64,000 nt of DNA, taken from the NCBI GenBank assembly GCA_963783905.1, contig CAWAPG010000006.1, positions 23,771 through 87,770 on the forward strand, in the 5' to 3' direction. The position numbers were made by a program, and so were the translations under genes. The notes beneath the pieces are model-generated. The model was not told the origin of the DNA. It saw only the letters and a list, made by a program, of their open reading frames with translations, and searched no databases. This document shows positions 11,063 to 21,261 of the stretch, one piece after another (positions within the stretch are counted from its first letter, which is position 1; the number at the start of each line of letters is the position of its first letter). This DNA comes from an uncultured delta proteobacterium. GTDB lineage: Bacteria > Desulfobacterota > Desulfobulbia > Desulfobulbales > BM004.

Positions 11063-12508
11063 TTAATCGGTTTTGGGGTTCACTTCATTCAGGGCATTCA
11101 TGAATGAGCGAAGCCAGCGGTGGACATCGTTTCGCTGCACCTGGCTGCGGAGCCACTGCATCCGCCGCCGCCGTTCCTCAAAGGGCATGGTTAAGGCCTG
11201 GTAAACCGTGTCCGCCGTTTTTTCAATGTCATAGGGATTCACCAGCAGGGCCATTTCTCCCAGCTGGTCTGCAGCACCGGCGAATTCACTCAGTATGAGG
11301 ACCCCGTTGTTGTCGACCGAACTGGCGCAGTATTCCTTGGCCACCAGGTTCATGCCGTCCCTGAGCGGGGTGATAAAGGCGATCTCGGATGCCCGGTAAT
11401 GGGCCACCAGCTGGATTTTATCCAGGGAACGGAAAATATAGTGGATCGGGGTCCAGCCGGCATGGCTGAAGCGCGAATTGATGCGGCCGGACATCTGGTC
11501 CAGCTGTTCCTTTAAACTCTGATAGTCGGGGTCCATGGTCCGGCTGGGCACGACAACCTGGAGCAGGGAGATTTTGTCCCTCAGTTCCGGATACTTTTCC
11601 AGGGCCCGTTCAAAGGCAAGAAACCGCTCCGGAATCCCTTTTGTATAATCAAGCCGGTCAATGCCGAGTACGAGCTGACGCTCGTGCAGGTTCTCATGCA
11701 GATACCAGGCTTCATCCTTGACGGCCTGGGACTGGGCCGCATCGTTGAACTGGTTGAAATCTATGCTTATCGGGAGGTTTCGTACCTGGATAGTGCGTTT
11801 GCCGTATTTGAGCAGGGTATAGTTCCGCTGCCGCCGCATGACCCTGATGTCGGATATGAGGCTGGTGACCGTATTGACAAAATTTTTCCGGTCGCGCAGG
11901 GTCTGAAAACCCAGAAGATCAAAGGCCAGTAAAGCCTTGGTGTATTCCATTTTCCAGGGCAGTCTCCGGAGCAGGTCAAGGGAGGGAAAAGGAATATGAT
12001 GAAAGTAGGCAAGCGGCAGCTGAAGCTTCATTTTTCGCAGAAAAGAACCGACCATGGAAAGCTGGTAATCATGGATCCAGACAATGTCGTTTTCGCGGGT
12101 CAGTGTTATGATTTTCTCCGCGAATTTTTTATTGACATCAACGTAGGCCTGCCAGTCCTCCTGGTCAAAATTACAGTAGCCGAGCAGATCATGGAGCAGG
12201 GGCCACAGGGTGCCGTTGGAAAAACCCCAGTAGTACCGTTTAATATCCTCTTTGCTCAGGGAGACTCCGACCAGTTTATAACCCTGCTCAGCGCCGAATT
12301 TATCAAGAAGTTCCTGCACCGGCGCCTCTTCCCCGGCTCCCGGCCAGCCGACCCAGAGGCTCTTGTTTTCTTTCAGGATCGGGTCAAGCGCCGTAATCAG
12401 CCCGCCCGAACCGGGACGTATCTGCCAGCCCGCATCTTCATCGGTAATAATGATGGGTAGGCGGTTGGAAACCACGATCAGCCGTTTGGTAAGTTTTTGT
12501 TTATCCAT
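11063..12508 (-). CDS. otsA: Alpha,alpha-trehalose-phosphate synthase (GT20)
   Basis: [35 protein letters not shown] and [13 protein letters not shown] are OtsA signatures. Confidence 0.9.
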   Translation of the reverse strand: MDKQKLTKRLIVVSNRLPIIITDEDAGWQIRPGSGGLITALDPILKENKSLWVGWPGAGEEAPVQELLDKFGAEQGYKLVGVSLSKEDIKRYYWGFSNGTLWPLLHDLLGYCNFDQEDWQAYVDVNKKFAEKIITLTRENDIVWIHDYQLSMVGSFLRKMKLQLPLAYFHHIPFPSLDLLRRLPWKMEYTKALLAFDLLGFQTLRDRKNFVNTVTSLISDIRVMRRQRNYTLLKYGKRTIQVRNLPISIDFNQFNDAAQSQAVKDEAWYLHENLHERQLVLGIDRLDYTKGIPERFLAFERALEKYPELRDKISLLQVVVPSRTMDPDYQSLKEQLDQMSGRINSRFSHAGWTPIHYIFRSLDKIQLVAHYRASEIAFITPLRDGMNLVAKEYCASSVDNNGVLILSEFAGAADQLGEMALLVNPYDIEKTADTVYQALTMPFEERRRRMQWLRSQVQRNDVHRWLRSFMNALNEVNPKTD

Positions 12509-12511
12509 AAG

Positions 12512-13297
12512 CTACTGTTCCGAAAATATCTGCCAGTTCCTCAGAAAATCGAGTAGTTCGGCCGGCGGCCGCAGCCAGCAGTCAGCCAGCGTGTCACGGT
12601 ATGTGTCCCGTACCAGTACTGACAGCCCTTTGCCCTGCAGGGCCTGAAACGCGTCTTCATCGGTGCGGTCATCACCCAGATAGGCCACTACCGAATCAGG
12701 GTCACATTCCACCAAGACCTTGCGGACGGCCCTGCCCTTGTTGAATCCGCCGCAACGGAGTTCAAGGCCGCCGTCAAAGGAGTGGATTTCCAGGTTAACT
12801 CCCTCTGTAAGGGGGGTCCAGGCATTGCGGATGGTTTGGGCCAGTTGCCGCCTTTTTTCTTGTTCCACCCCGCGCCAATGAAAGGCGATTGATGATGGTT
12901 TTTTTTCACAATCGGGCCCATGGCCGTGTTCCGCCATCCAGGCAGATGCCTTTTCCAGGTTGCGCAGACAGTCGGCATCGATCTCTTCGGTCTGCAGCCG
13001 GCCATCGGGCAACAGTCGTTCAAAGCCGTGACTGCCCCAGAGTTCCGGCAAAGGGTTGAGGCCGAGCAGCGGTTTTAGATCCCGTACGGCGCGGCCGCTG
13101 ATTATGATGAGACGGGTCTTGCCCGAGTCCTGAATTTTATTCAGTATTTCCGGGATGCCCGGATAGGGGAAGGCCTTGTCCCTCTGCAGTTGAAAAGGGG
13201 CCAGGGTCCCGTCATAATCAAGCAGCAGGACTTTAGCGGATGCGGCCTGCAGCTGCTGCCAGAAAGTCTCGAGCCTGCATGGGGTTGGAGCTTCCAT
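12512..13297 (-). CDS. otsB: Trehalose-6-phosphate phosphatase
   Basis: HAD motif LLLDYDGTLAP and YLGDDRTDEDAF. Sits 3 nt upstream of otsA. Confidence 0.85.
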   Translation of the reverse strand: MEAPTPCRLETFWQQLQAASAKVLLLDYDGTLAPFQLQRDKAFPYPGIPEILNKIQDSGKTRLIIISGRAVRDLKPLLGLNPLPELWGSHGFERLLPDGRLQTEEIDADCLRNLEKASAWMAEHGHGPDCEKKPSSIAFHWRGVEQEKRRQLAQTIRNAWTPLTEGVNLEIHSFDGGLELRCGGFNKGRAVRKVLVECDPDSVVAYLGDDRTDEDAFQALQGKGLSVLVRDTYRDTLADCWLRPPAELLDFLRNWQIFSEQ

Positions 13298-14566
13298 TTA
13301 TGCATTTCCAACATTGATGCGTTCTTCATCACCGTTGGTCAGACCAACCATCAGGGTTAAGTATTCCCGCAAATGTCTGGTGATGAGAAAATTCTCTTCG
13401 ACAAATCTTTTGGCCCGCAATCCCATTTCTTCCAGCTGGTCGCGGCGGTGCAGCAGATATCTGGTTCTCAGGGCCGCACCTTCCGGGGTCCGGACCAGAA
13501 AGCCGGTATAGTGGTTAATGACCTGAAGCCTGATGCCTCCCGTGTCACCGCCGATAACGGGTTTGCCTTTCCACATGCCCTCTGAAACCGTAAGGCCGAA
13601 CCCTTCCCGGATCGATTTCTGCAGGATGATATCCGATGCCCGCTGCAGGGCGTTGATGGTCCGGTTGGCATCCGCAGGCAGGAGCAGCACGTGGATATTG
13701 GCATTGCCGTTGGAGGCCTGTTTTACTTCGTTGAGCACCGCTTCGCCTTCCGGATCATCGGTGGCGCTGCCACCGGCCAGAACAAGCTGCAGCGGCGTAA
13801 GCTTGTTTGCAAGTTTGTAAGCCTCGATGACACCAAGCGGGTCCTTGAAACGATCATACCGGGAAATCTGGGTGATCATCGGCAGGTCCGGATCAAAGTT
13901 GAACTGGGTAAAGACCCCTTTGATTTCCTCTTCGGTCAGGGTGCAGTTCTTTTCGCTCAGCGGATCAATGCTGGGGGCAATGATATACTGCGGATGGGGC
14001 AGGTGCTGCGCGAATTCTGGCAGGGAAAAGATACTGGCATCATATGATACAATCCATTGGCGCAGGTATTTCCATACCTCCCGATAGGGTTTGCTGACAT
14101 CTATGTGGCAGCGCCAGATCCATTTGCCCTTGCGGCCCGGGGTAAATTTCAGCAGCGGCGCCGGCTGCGGATCATGAATAAAGACAAAATCGGCATTCCG
14201 CAGCTTTGCTTTGAGCCTGTCGCCGTTTTCCCTGTTTGTCGTCTCATAGTTCTGCAGCATTTTGTCCGAGATGGTCTGGTGCATCCCCTGCATCGCATTA
14301 TGAAATCCCTTGGTGCACTGGTAGAATTCCTGGTTGCCGGTAATAATCTCCCAATCCGCCTCGATACCCAGGGCCTGTTTGAGCGGTATGAGCTTGTGAA
14401 GAATTTCAGCTACGCCGCCGCCTTTCTTGGTCGAGTTTATATGCAGGACTTTGGCCCCCTTGAGAGGAGCGGCAAGCTGCTGCAGCTGATGGATTACAGT
14501 GGAACTGGTGACCGCCCGATATGCTGCTATCATGTCCTGCAGGGACTTGTCATTGGATTTTTTCAT
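13298..14566 (-). CDS. treT: Trehalose glycosyltransferring synthase (TreT-like GT4)
   Basis: Collinear with archaeal TreT as I remember it: HINSTKKGGGVAEILHKLIPL, WRCHIDVS, PSIDPLSEKN, ITQISRYDRFKDP, DDPEG, QKSIREGFGLTVSEGMWKGKPVIGG. Confidence 0.8.
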   Translation of the reverse strand: MKKSNDKSLQDMIAAYRAVTSSTVIHQLQQLAAPLKGAKVLHINSTKKGGGVAEILHKLIPLKQALGIEADWEIITGNQEFYQCTKGFHNAMQGMHQTISDKMLQNYETTNRENGDRLKAKLRNADFVFIHDPQPAPLLKFTPGRKGKWIWRCHIDVSKPYREVWKYLRQWIVSYDASIFSLPEFAQHLPHPQYIIAPSIDPLSEKNCTLTEEEIKGVFTQFNFDPDLPMITQISRYDRFKDPLGVIEAYKLANKLTPLQLVLAGGSATDDPEGEAVLNEVKQASNGNANIHVLLLPADANRTINALQRASDIILQKSIREGFGLTVSEGMWKGKPVIGGDTGGIRLQVINHYTGFLVRTPEGAALRTRYLLHRRDQLEEMGLRAKRFVEENFLITRHLREYLTLMVGLTNGDEERINVGNA

Positions 14567-15249
14567 TTACCGTCCTGTTCGAAAAACTTCTGGAAAATAT
14601 GACTGACTATAAGGCGAATCTCCTTCAGAGATGAAAAATACGGGTCAACCGAGCACAGGCTTTGCGCCAGTTTCTTGAACTCACCGTCAAAACCGTCCAG
14701 CCAGGAAGTAAAGTCATCCACCCTTCCTTCGGTTCGGTTGCGGGCGTCAATAAAATGGTAGTAGATGGAACCCGTGGAAAGCGAATTTATTTGGGGCGGC
14801 AGTTCAGACGGATGCTCATATCGGATGCCGGTATCAAAGACCACGATCTGTGATTTGAGAAAATGAAACTGCTGATCGGCCTTGGCCCATGGTACGTATT
14901 CGGACTGGTCCAGCCGTTGTTCGACAACCTCTACCATCTCCTGGCGAAGAAGTTTCAGATCCTGATAATCGGTGGGAATGACCATACTGAGCTGTTCGGC
15001 CAGAGGTTTGTCATTAAGGCCCCGGTGGGCCCAGGAGGCAAAATCGTTATTATATTCCGGCTCATCGAACAGGGGGCGCAGCAGGCGGCCCCAGAAATGG
15101 TGATAGATGCTGCCCAGGGGGACCTCTTTCAGGGCCATGGCAAATTCTTTCAGGTTCTGCACCTTGATCCCGGCAGCGATGGTGATAAGGGCACAGTCTT
15201 TTACTGCAAAAGGAGTTTTTGTCTGTTCGTCCGCAACAGCATTTTGCAT
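14563..15249 (-). CDS. Uncharacterised protein with an internal duplication, translationally coupled to treT
   Basis: ATGA overlap with the treT start at 14563-14566. Two related half-domains: GSIYHHFWGRLL...DFASWAHRGLNDKPLAEQL and GSIYYHFIDARN...DFTSWLDGFDGEFKKLAQSL. Confidence 0.55.
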   Translation of the reverse strand: MQNAVADEQTKTPFAVKDCALITIAAGIKVQNLKEFAMALKEVPLGSIYHHFWGRLLRPLFDEPEYNNDFASWAHRGLNDKPLAEQLSMVIPTDYQDLKLLRQEMVEVVEQRLDQSEYVPWAKADQQFHFLKSQIVVFDTGIRYEHPSELPPQINSLSTGSIYYHFIDARNRTEGRVDDFTSWLDGFDGEFKKLAQSLCSVDPYFSSLKEIRLIVSHIFQKFFEQDGK

Positions 15250-15414
15250 GGTAAACTCTTAAGTGATATAGAAGGCGGGATAAATTTTCTGAAACTGTAC
15301 CATAGATTCATCCGCCGAGCAAATTGGAATGCTGAAAAAAACCGCGGCGGACAGGGTCCGAATCCTGCAGGGAGCGGGGCTGCCGCGATGATCAGCGATA
15401 AGGATGCGGTTGGT

Positions 15415-17331
15415 TCAGGTACGATGAAACCATTTTTTTATGTCCGCGGCCGAGAACATCCGCACCACAGGTCTGCCGTGGGGACAATGGGTGAAAGCAC
15501 TGCTCTCCCGCATGAGCTTGAGAAGCTCCTCCATTTCCAGGGTATCCAGATTCCGGCCCGCCTTGATGGCCGCCTTGCATGCCATGGTTGCAAGTATGTC
15601 GTCGAACCCGGTGGGATCTCCACGTTTTTTCCCTTCTTCGCGGCCGTATTCCGGCGCGAAGAATTTCAGGAGAATCCCGGTCAAAATCTCTTCAGGATCG
15701 AGATGGCTGATAATCGCCGGAACCGCCTTTATGACATAGGTGTCTCCGCCGAATTCGTTTACCACCATGCCCAGCTGCTGCATATGGTCCCGGTTTTTTT
15801 CAAGTATTGCTGCATAATCAGGCCGCAGCTCAATCATTTTTGGAAACAGCAGATTCTGGCTTATCAGCTGCCTGGCGGCAAACTGTTTCCTGAGATTTTC
15901 AAAAATAATTCTTTCATGCACCGCATGCTGGTCAATCACCACCAGGTAGCTTTGATTTTTCTGCCGGGCTTCACAGAGAAGATAGAGGTCCATGAACTGT
16001 CCGATGGGTCTCAGGGACTCGGGTACCGGGACATCGGTCCCGGGTGTATGGGTAAACGGGGCAGCTGGTTCTGCTGCTGTAAAACCTTCGGCGGCTTGTG
16101 CCGGAGGGAAAATGGTCTGCCCGGCGGGATATGATCGAACATCCATGTCCCGGACCGCATCTTTTCCCGGAGATGGACCGGACGGTGCATTCCAGAGCCG
16201 GTATACTTTTTTTGACCCGGTCCTTGTTTTTTCGGGTGCAGCCCGTTGTTCCGGAGCTGCTTTTTCCTGCTCCAGTTTGCCGCCAAAAAGGGCATGCCTG
16301 GATGCCTGCTGGTAGCTGTCCATTCCCGATCTTACGGCGGCGGCGATTTTTTCATGGACGCGGTTTGGTTCCTGGAAGCGAATTTCCTGTTTTGTCGGGT
16401 GGACATTGACGTCAACCTTTTCATAAGGAAGCGTGACAAAAACAACCCCTGCCGCAGAACGGCCTTTCATCAGGTAGCCGGCGAGCCCTTCCGTCACCGC
16501 ATGGGCCATCATTCTGTCCTGCACCGACCTGCCGTTGACAAACAGCCTCAGTCTGGCCGAGGCGGCAAAGGTCTGTTCCGGGGCCAGAAGGTATCCGGTG
16601 ACCCGGATTCCCCCATCCGTGGCCGTCGTTGTCGCGGGATTCTGCAACGATATCAGGGATTCAGACCCGTTCCTGTTATAGAGCATTTTTACCCTGTCTT
16701 CCAGGGTGTCCGTACCGGCGGCAAGATCCAGGACCCGGTTTTCGTTAACCGTATAACTGATGCCAAGCCTTCTGTTGGCCAGGGAGTAATTTTTGACAAT
16801 TTCTTCGATATGAAAGAGTTCGGTGCGGGTGCTTTTCAGGAATTTTTTACGGGCCGGCAGGTTGCCGAACAGGTCCCTGATCTCGACTATGGTCCCCTTG
16901 TTGCAGCCCATTTCATGAACCTTCAACACCTTGCCGTAGCGGACTTCGATCCGGGTGCCCAGGGGATCGTTGCCGGTGCGGGAGGTGATGGACATCCTGG
17001 CCACGGATGCAATGCTCGGAATTGCTTCGCCCCGGAACCCGAGGCTGCTTATCTCGGCAAGACGGCCGGCGTCGGCCTTGCTTTCCTGTAATTTGCTCGT
17101 GGCATGACGCTCCAGGCAGAGAAGGACATCATCGGCATCCATGCCGGTGCCGTCGTCTATTACCTTGATCAGCCTGGTGCCGCTGCCTTGAATTTCGATC
17201 TGCACCCGGCCGGCGCCGGCATCTATGGAGTTTTCCAACAGTTCCTTGACCACGGAGGCGGGCCGTTCAATTACTTCACCGGCTGCTATCTGATTGGCTA
17301 TGTGTTCGGAAAGAATTCTGATTTGGGACAA
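15415..17331 (-). CDS. mutL: DNA mismatch repair protein MutL
   Basis: N-terminal GHKL ATPase motif IANQIAAGEVIERPASVVKELLENSIDAG. C-terminal CPHGRP motif. Confidence 0.92.
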   Translation of the reverse strand: MSQIRILSEHIANQIAAGEVIERPASVVKELLENSIDAGAGRVQIEIQGSGTRLIKVIDDGTGMDADDVLLCLERHATSKLQESKADAGRLAEISSLGFRGEAIPSIASVARMSITSRTGNDPLGTRIEVRYGKVLKVHEMGCNKGTIVEIRDLFGNLPARKKFLKSTRTELFHIEEIVKNYSLANRRLGISYTVNENRVLDLAAGTDTLEDRVKMLYNRNGSESLISLQNPATTTATDGGIRVTGYLLAPEQTFAASARLRLFVNGRSVQDRMMAHAVTEGLAGYLMKGRSAAGVVFVTLPYEKVDVNVHPTKQEIRFQEPNRVHEKIAAAVRSGMDSYQQASRHALFGGKLEQEKAAPEQRAAPEKTRTGSKKVYRLWNAPSGPSPGKDAVRDMDVRSYPAGQTIFPPAQAAEGFTAAEPAAPFTHTPGTDVPVPESLRPIGQFMDLYLLCEARQKNQSYLVVIDQHAVHERIIFENLRKQFAARQLISQNLLFPKMIELRPDYAAILEKNRDHMQQLGMVVNEFGGDTYVIKAVPAIISHLDPEEILTGILLKFFAPEYGREEGKKRGDPTGFDDILATMACKAAIKAGRNLDTLEMEELLKLMRESSAFTHCPHGRPVVRMFSAADIKKWFHRT

Positions 17332-17447
17332 GGGTATCTCCGTTGTGAGGCTAAAGATTGTTATTTGTATTCTTGGCCTGCATGATGTAAATAAACCGCA
17401 GCGTCATAAATTACACCACAAATCTTCTCCATACAAGTTAGTCCGGA

Positions 17448-19361
17448 ATGGCCAGGAAAACACCGTTACATACTGCAACCAGTAAATCAGCCGGTAAAAA
17501 AAGCAGCGCTCCCGTTGCCGGGAAGCGAAAAAAAGCAGCCACCGGCAAAAAGAGAAAACCCTGGAACCATGTCCACTGCATCTTTTTTCTTGCCGCCATC
17601 GGTTTTGGGCTGAGCCTGTTTATCAGCCTGGTCCTCTACTTCTTTGTCCTGCTCGATATCCCCAATCTGAAATCCATCCGGGACTATGAACCCAAGATGG
17701 CAACCCTGGTCCTTGCCGGGAACGGCCAGGTGGTGGAGGAAATATTTGCGGAAAACCGGCGGGTGGTCTCCCTGGAAACCATACCGCCCCTTCTTCCAAG
17801 GGCATTTGTCGCCGCGGAGGATGCCCGATTTTACGAGCACCCGGGCGTTGATCTCTGGTCGATTTTCCGGGCCCTTTTCCATAATCTGCGAACCGGCAAA
17901 AAGGCCCAGGGCGGCAGCACCATAACCCAGCAGGTTACCCGTTCCCTTCTTCTTTCCAGGCGGAAGGTCTATTCACGCAAGATCAAGGAAGCGATCCTGG
18001 CATACCGTATTGATTCGGTGTTGAGCAAGAACGACATTCTCCATATCTATCTGAATCAGATCTACCTGGGGGAAGGAGCGTATGGCGTGGCGGCGGCGGC
18101 CCGCACCTATTTTGGCAAAACGGTAAATGAGTTGAGCCTCGGGCAGGTGGCGCTGCTGGCAGGACTGCCGCAGGCTCCCAGCCGTTATTCCCCCTTCAGG
18201 AACCGGGAAATTGCCAAAAAGCGGCAGGCGTATGTTTTAAACAGGATGGCGGAGGAAGGGTATATTACACCGGCGGCAGCCAGAAAAGCCTTTAAGGAAC
18301 CGCTGAACCTGCATAATTCCGGCCGGGAGTATGCCGGCACCGGGTACTATGTGCAGCAGGTCAGTAATTATGTGAGCAGCAGGTACGGACAGGAAACACT
18401 GACCACCGGGGGACTGACAATTTATACCTGCATGGACCCGGCAATTCAGGAAAGCGCCGCAATTTCCATTCAGCATGGTCTTGCCGCCCTGGGAGGAGTA
18501 AAAAGGAAAAATGCACCCCAGGGGGCCATGGTTGTTATGGAAACGGCAACAGGCAAGGTGCGGGCAGTCGTTGGCGGAGCTGATTTTGCCATAAGCCAGT
18601 TTGACCGGGCGATTCAGGCCAGGCGCCAGCCGGGCTCGGTCTTCAAGCCCCTGGTTTATGCCGCCGCCTTGGAAAAAGGTTACACCCCTGACTCGGAATT
18701 CGTGGACGAGCCGCTGCACCTGGCCGGGGCAAGCGGCGGCAAGGTTTGGGAGCCGAAAAATTTTGACCACCGCTATCAGGGACGGACAACACTCAGGACG
18801 GGACTGGTTGAATCCCGCAATATTGTGGCGGTAAAGCTCCTGCAGGAGATCGGGATCAGCAGGGTGGTCAGGATGGCCGAAGATCTCGGCATCAGTGCGG
18901 AATTAAAGCCGGATCTCACCCTGGCCCTGGGTTCTTCCGGCGTATCTCTGCTGGAGATGACCGGGGCCTACAGCGCCTTTGCCAATGGCGGCAGGTATAT
19001 TGCCCCGATATTTATCGAAAGGATAATTGACCGGCACGGAAATGTTCTGGAAGAAAATGCGCCGCAAAGGAAGCGGGTTATGTCGGAAAAGACGGCCCAC
19101 CGGATTGACTCCATGCTGCAGGAAGTCATCAGCCGGGGTACGGGCAGGCGGGCCCGGGGATTAAAAGAGACGGCCGCGGGCAAGACCGGAACCACGGACG
19201 ACAACATGGATGCCTGGTTCATCGGCTATACCGGAAAATTTCTCGCCGGGGTATGGGTCGGGTATGACAGGAATCTCTCCCTGGGGAAAAATGCGTCAGG
19301 CGGCCGGGTTGCTGCCCCGATCTGGCTGGACTTCATGAAGAAGATGGAGGCGAAACATTGA
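17448..19361 (+). CDS. mrcA: Class A penicillin-binding protein (PBP1A; transglycosylase/transpeptidase)
   Basis: GT51 motifs AAEDARFYEHPG, GGSTITQQ and RKIKEA. Transpeptidase motifs SVFKP and KTGTT. Basic N-terminal tail plus a TM helix. Confidence 0.9.
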   Translation: MARKTPLHTATSKSAGKKSSAPVAGKRKKAATGKKRKPWNHVHCIFFLAAIGFGLSLFISLVLYFFVLLDIPNLKSIRDYEPKMATLVLAGNGQVVEEIFAENRRVVSLETIPPLLPRAFVAAEDARFYEHPGVDLWSIFRALFHNLRTGKKAQGGSTITQQVTRSLLLSRRKVYSRKIKEAILAYRIDSVLSKNDILHIYLNQIYLGEGAYGVAAAARTYFGKTVNELSLGQVALLAGLPQAPSRYSPFRNREIAKKRQAYVLNRMAEEGYITPAAARKAFKEPLNLHNSGREYAGTGYYVQQVSNYVSSRYGQETLTTGGLTIYTCMDPAIQESAAISIQHGLAALGGVKRKNAPQGAMVVMETATGKVRAVVGGADFAISQFDRAIQARRQPGSVFKPLVYAAALEKGYTPDSEFVDEPLHLAGASGGKVWEPKNFDHRYQGRTTLRTGLVESRNIVAVKLLQEIGISRVVRMAEDLGISAELKPDLTLALGSSGVSLLEMTGAYSAFANGGRYIAPIFIERIIDRHGNVLEENAPQRKRVMSEKTAHRIDSMLQEVISRGTGRRARGLKETAAGKTGTTDDNMDAWFIGYTGKFLAGVWVGYDRNLSLGKNASGGRVAAPIWLDFMKKMEAKH

Positions 19362-19496
19362 TTTATTCCTATAATCCTCCAGTAGAATTAATGGCCTGGC
19401 TTTATTTTGCAGAAGTAATTGAGAAGCGTTACGTAGAGTATAAAAATTTATCGTATTTTGCTTCCTAATCCCCATATTTATTATATGAATGTTCAT

Positions 19497-19788
19497 TTCG
19501 TTGTCGGCAAATATACTACTGCCGACGATTGACAACTTGCATAAAGAAAACGAACCAAAAGAAAGTGCAGCCTGATCACTTGGTCGACCTGCGGTCGACT
19601 GCCCTTCGCTGCTCGCCAAGAACGGGCGACATCGGGATGACGCTTCGCTATGACCGAGTCGCTTTTCCGTTCTTTGCTGTGCTGCTCGGCTGCGTGAAAT
19701 GGCATAAAAACATTCACAGCATGCAAAACAGTAGACCCTTTCAGGGTCAACTTGTAATCCACCCCTTTGAGGGGTGGTTGTTAATTTT
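19497..19788. repeat. Compact copy of the multi-hairpin repeat family (see 6261-6858)
   Basis: Block identities with 6261-6858: 19508-19534, 19567-19605, 19618-19674, 19685-18 (19685-19718) and 19771-19784. Contains hairpins GTCGGCA/TGCCGAC (19503-19526) and CCACCCC/GGGGTGG (19760-19778). Not coding. Confidence 0.7.
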
Positions 19789-19809
19789 AAATTTCTAAAC
19801 CCAGGAAAT

Positions 19810-21201
19810 TCAGAAATTCATCTTACGCCGTTTGCGCTCCCGGAAAACGATTTTGACCGGAGTTTTGTCAAGCCCCAGTTCCTGTCTGAAGGTATTGACC
19901 AGGTAGCGGTGGTAGGAGAAGTGGATTTCCTTGGGATAGTTGGCGACAATGGCGAAGGTCGGGGGCTGGGTCGAAATCTGGGTGGTATACAGGAGTTTCA
20001 GCCTTCTGCCGCGGTACAGTGATGGTGGATGAGATTGCACCGCATCCTGGAGTATGCGGTTTAAGCGGTTGGTGACAAAGGTTTTGCTGAACTGCTCATA
20101 AACTGCGGCGACTGTCGGCAGCAATTTATTGACTCCCTTGCCGGTCAGGGACGAAAGGGGCAAAACCGGTGCAAATCCGACAAATTGCGTCGCCATCTTC
20201 AGTTCAGCCATAATTTTTTTCTGCCGCAGCCCGTCTCCTTTGACCAGGTCCCACTTGTTCACTATCAGTATACAGGCCCTTCCCCGTTCCTGGGTGTAGC
20301 CGATGACCTTAGTATCCTGCTCGGTAATGCCCTCTTCGGCACTGACCAGGACAAGAACCAGGTCACACCGTTCCAGGGAGGCGAGCGCCTTTATGATGCT
20401 GAATTTTTCAAGTTTCTCCTTAACCCTGCCCTTGCGTCTGATCCCGGCAGTATCAATAAGCAGATAATTTTTATCCTTTACCGTCAGCAGGGTGTCAATG
20501 GAATCCCGCGTGGTGCCGGGGATTTCGGAAACCAGCATCCGTTCTTCTCCGAGCAGCCGGTTGATAAGGGAGGATTTTCCCACATTGGGACGGCCGAAAA
20601 AGGCGATACGGATTGAATCCGCCGGCTGCAAGGAACTTTCTTCGCGTTCGGGCAGGGATGCGACAAGGTCATCCAGCAATTCCTGAATCCCGTAGCCGTG
20701 CTCCGCTGATATCGGCTGCAGGTGTTCCACCCCCAGCTCGTAAAAAGCCGGCAGCAGGCGCGGTTCCAGCTCCTCTCCATCCACCTTGTTCACCACATGA
20801 AAGACGGGTTTGTCCGTCCTGCGCAGAAGATCCGTGACGTCAAAATCAGTCGGGGTGACTCCCTCCCTGCCGTCCATAAGGAACAGGAGAACATCCGCCT
20901 CGGCTATCGCCTGCAGGGTCTGCTCCCGGATAGTGCCGGCCATGGAATGGCCGGAGTCAGCCGCCCTGTCCTGCACCTCGATGCCGCCGGTGTCAACCAG
21001 GATGAAGGCATGATTCTCCCAGACCACCCGTTCGTACTGCCGGTCGCGGGTAACGCCCGGAGTATGATCGACAATCGCTTTGCGTGACTTGGTAATCCGG
21101 TTGAACAGGGTGGATTTTCCGACGTTGGGCCGACCGATTAATACAACAATGGGGGATTGCATGGGATCCGATTTTTCAGGGGTGATTTTTTCCACGGTCA
21201 T
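19810..21201 (-). CDS. der: Ribosome-associated GTPase Der/EngA
   Basis: Two tandem G domains (GRPNVGKSTLFNR twice: IGRPNVGKSTLFNR and FGRPNVGKSSLINR) plus a KH-like C-terminus. Confidence 0.92.
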   Translation of the reverse strand: MTVEKITPEKSDPMQSPIVVLIGRPNVGKSTLFNRITKSRKAIVDHTPGVTRDRQYERVVWENHAFILVDTGGIEVQDRAADSGHSMAGTIREQTLQAIAEADVLLFLMDGREGVTPTDFDVTDLLRRTDKPVFHVVNKVDGEELEPRLLPAFYELGVEHLQPISAEHGYGIQELLDDLVASLPEREESSLQPADSIRIAFFGRPNVGKSSLINRLLGEERMLVSEIPGTTRDSIDTLLTVKDKNYLLIDTAGIRRKGRVKEKLEKFSIIKALASLERCDLVLVLVSAEEGITEQDTKVIGYTQERGRACILIVNKWDLVKGDGLRQKKIMAELKMATQFVGFAPVLPLSSLTGKGVNKLLPTVAAVYEQFSKTFVTNRLNRILQDAVQSHPPSLYRGRRLKLLYTTQISTQPPTFAIVANYPKEIHFSYHRYLVNTFRQELGLDKTPVKIVFRERKRRKMNF

Positions 21202-21261
21202 TGTCGGGTTCAGGTGAACGAGTACTGTTTCAGCTTGCAGACGCTGCCGGAAACAGAAGGT

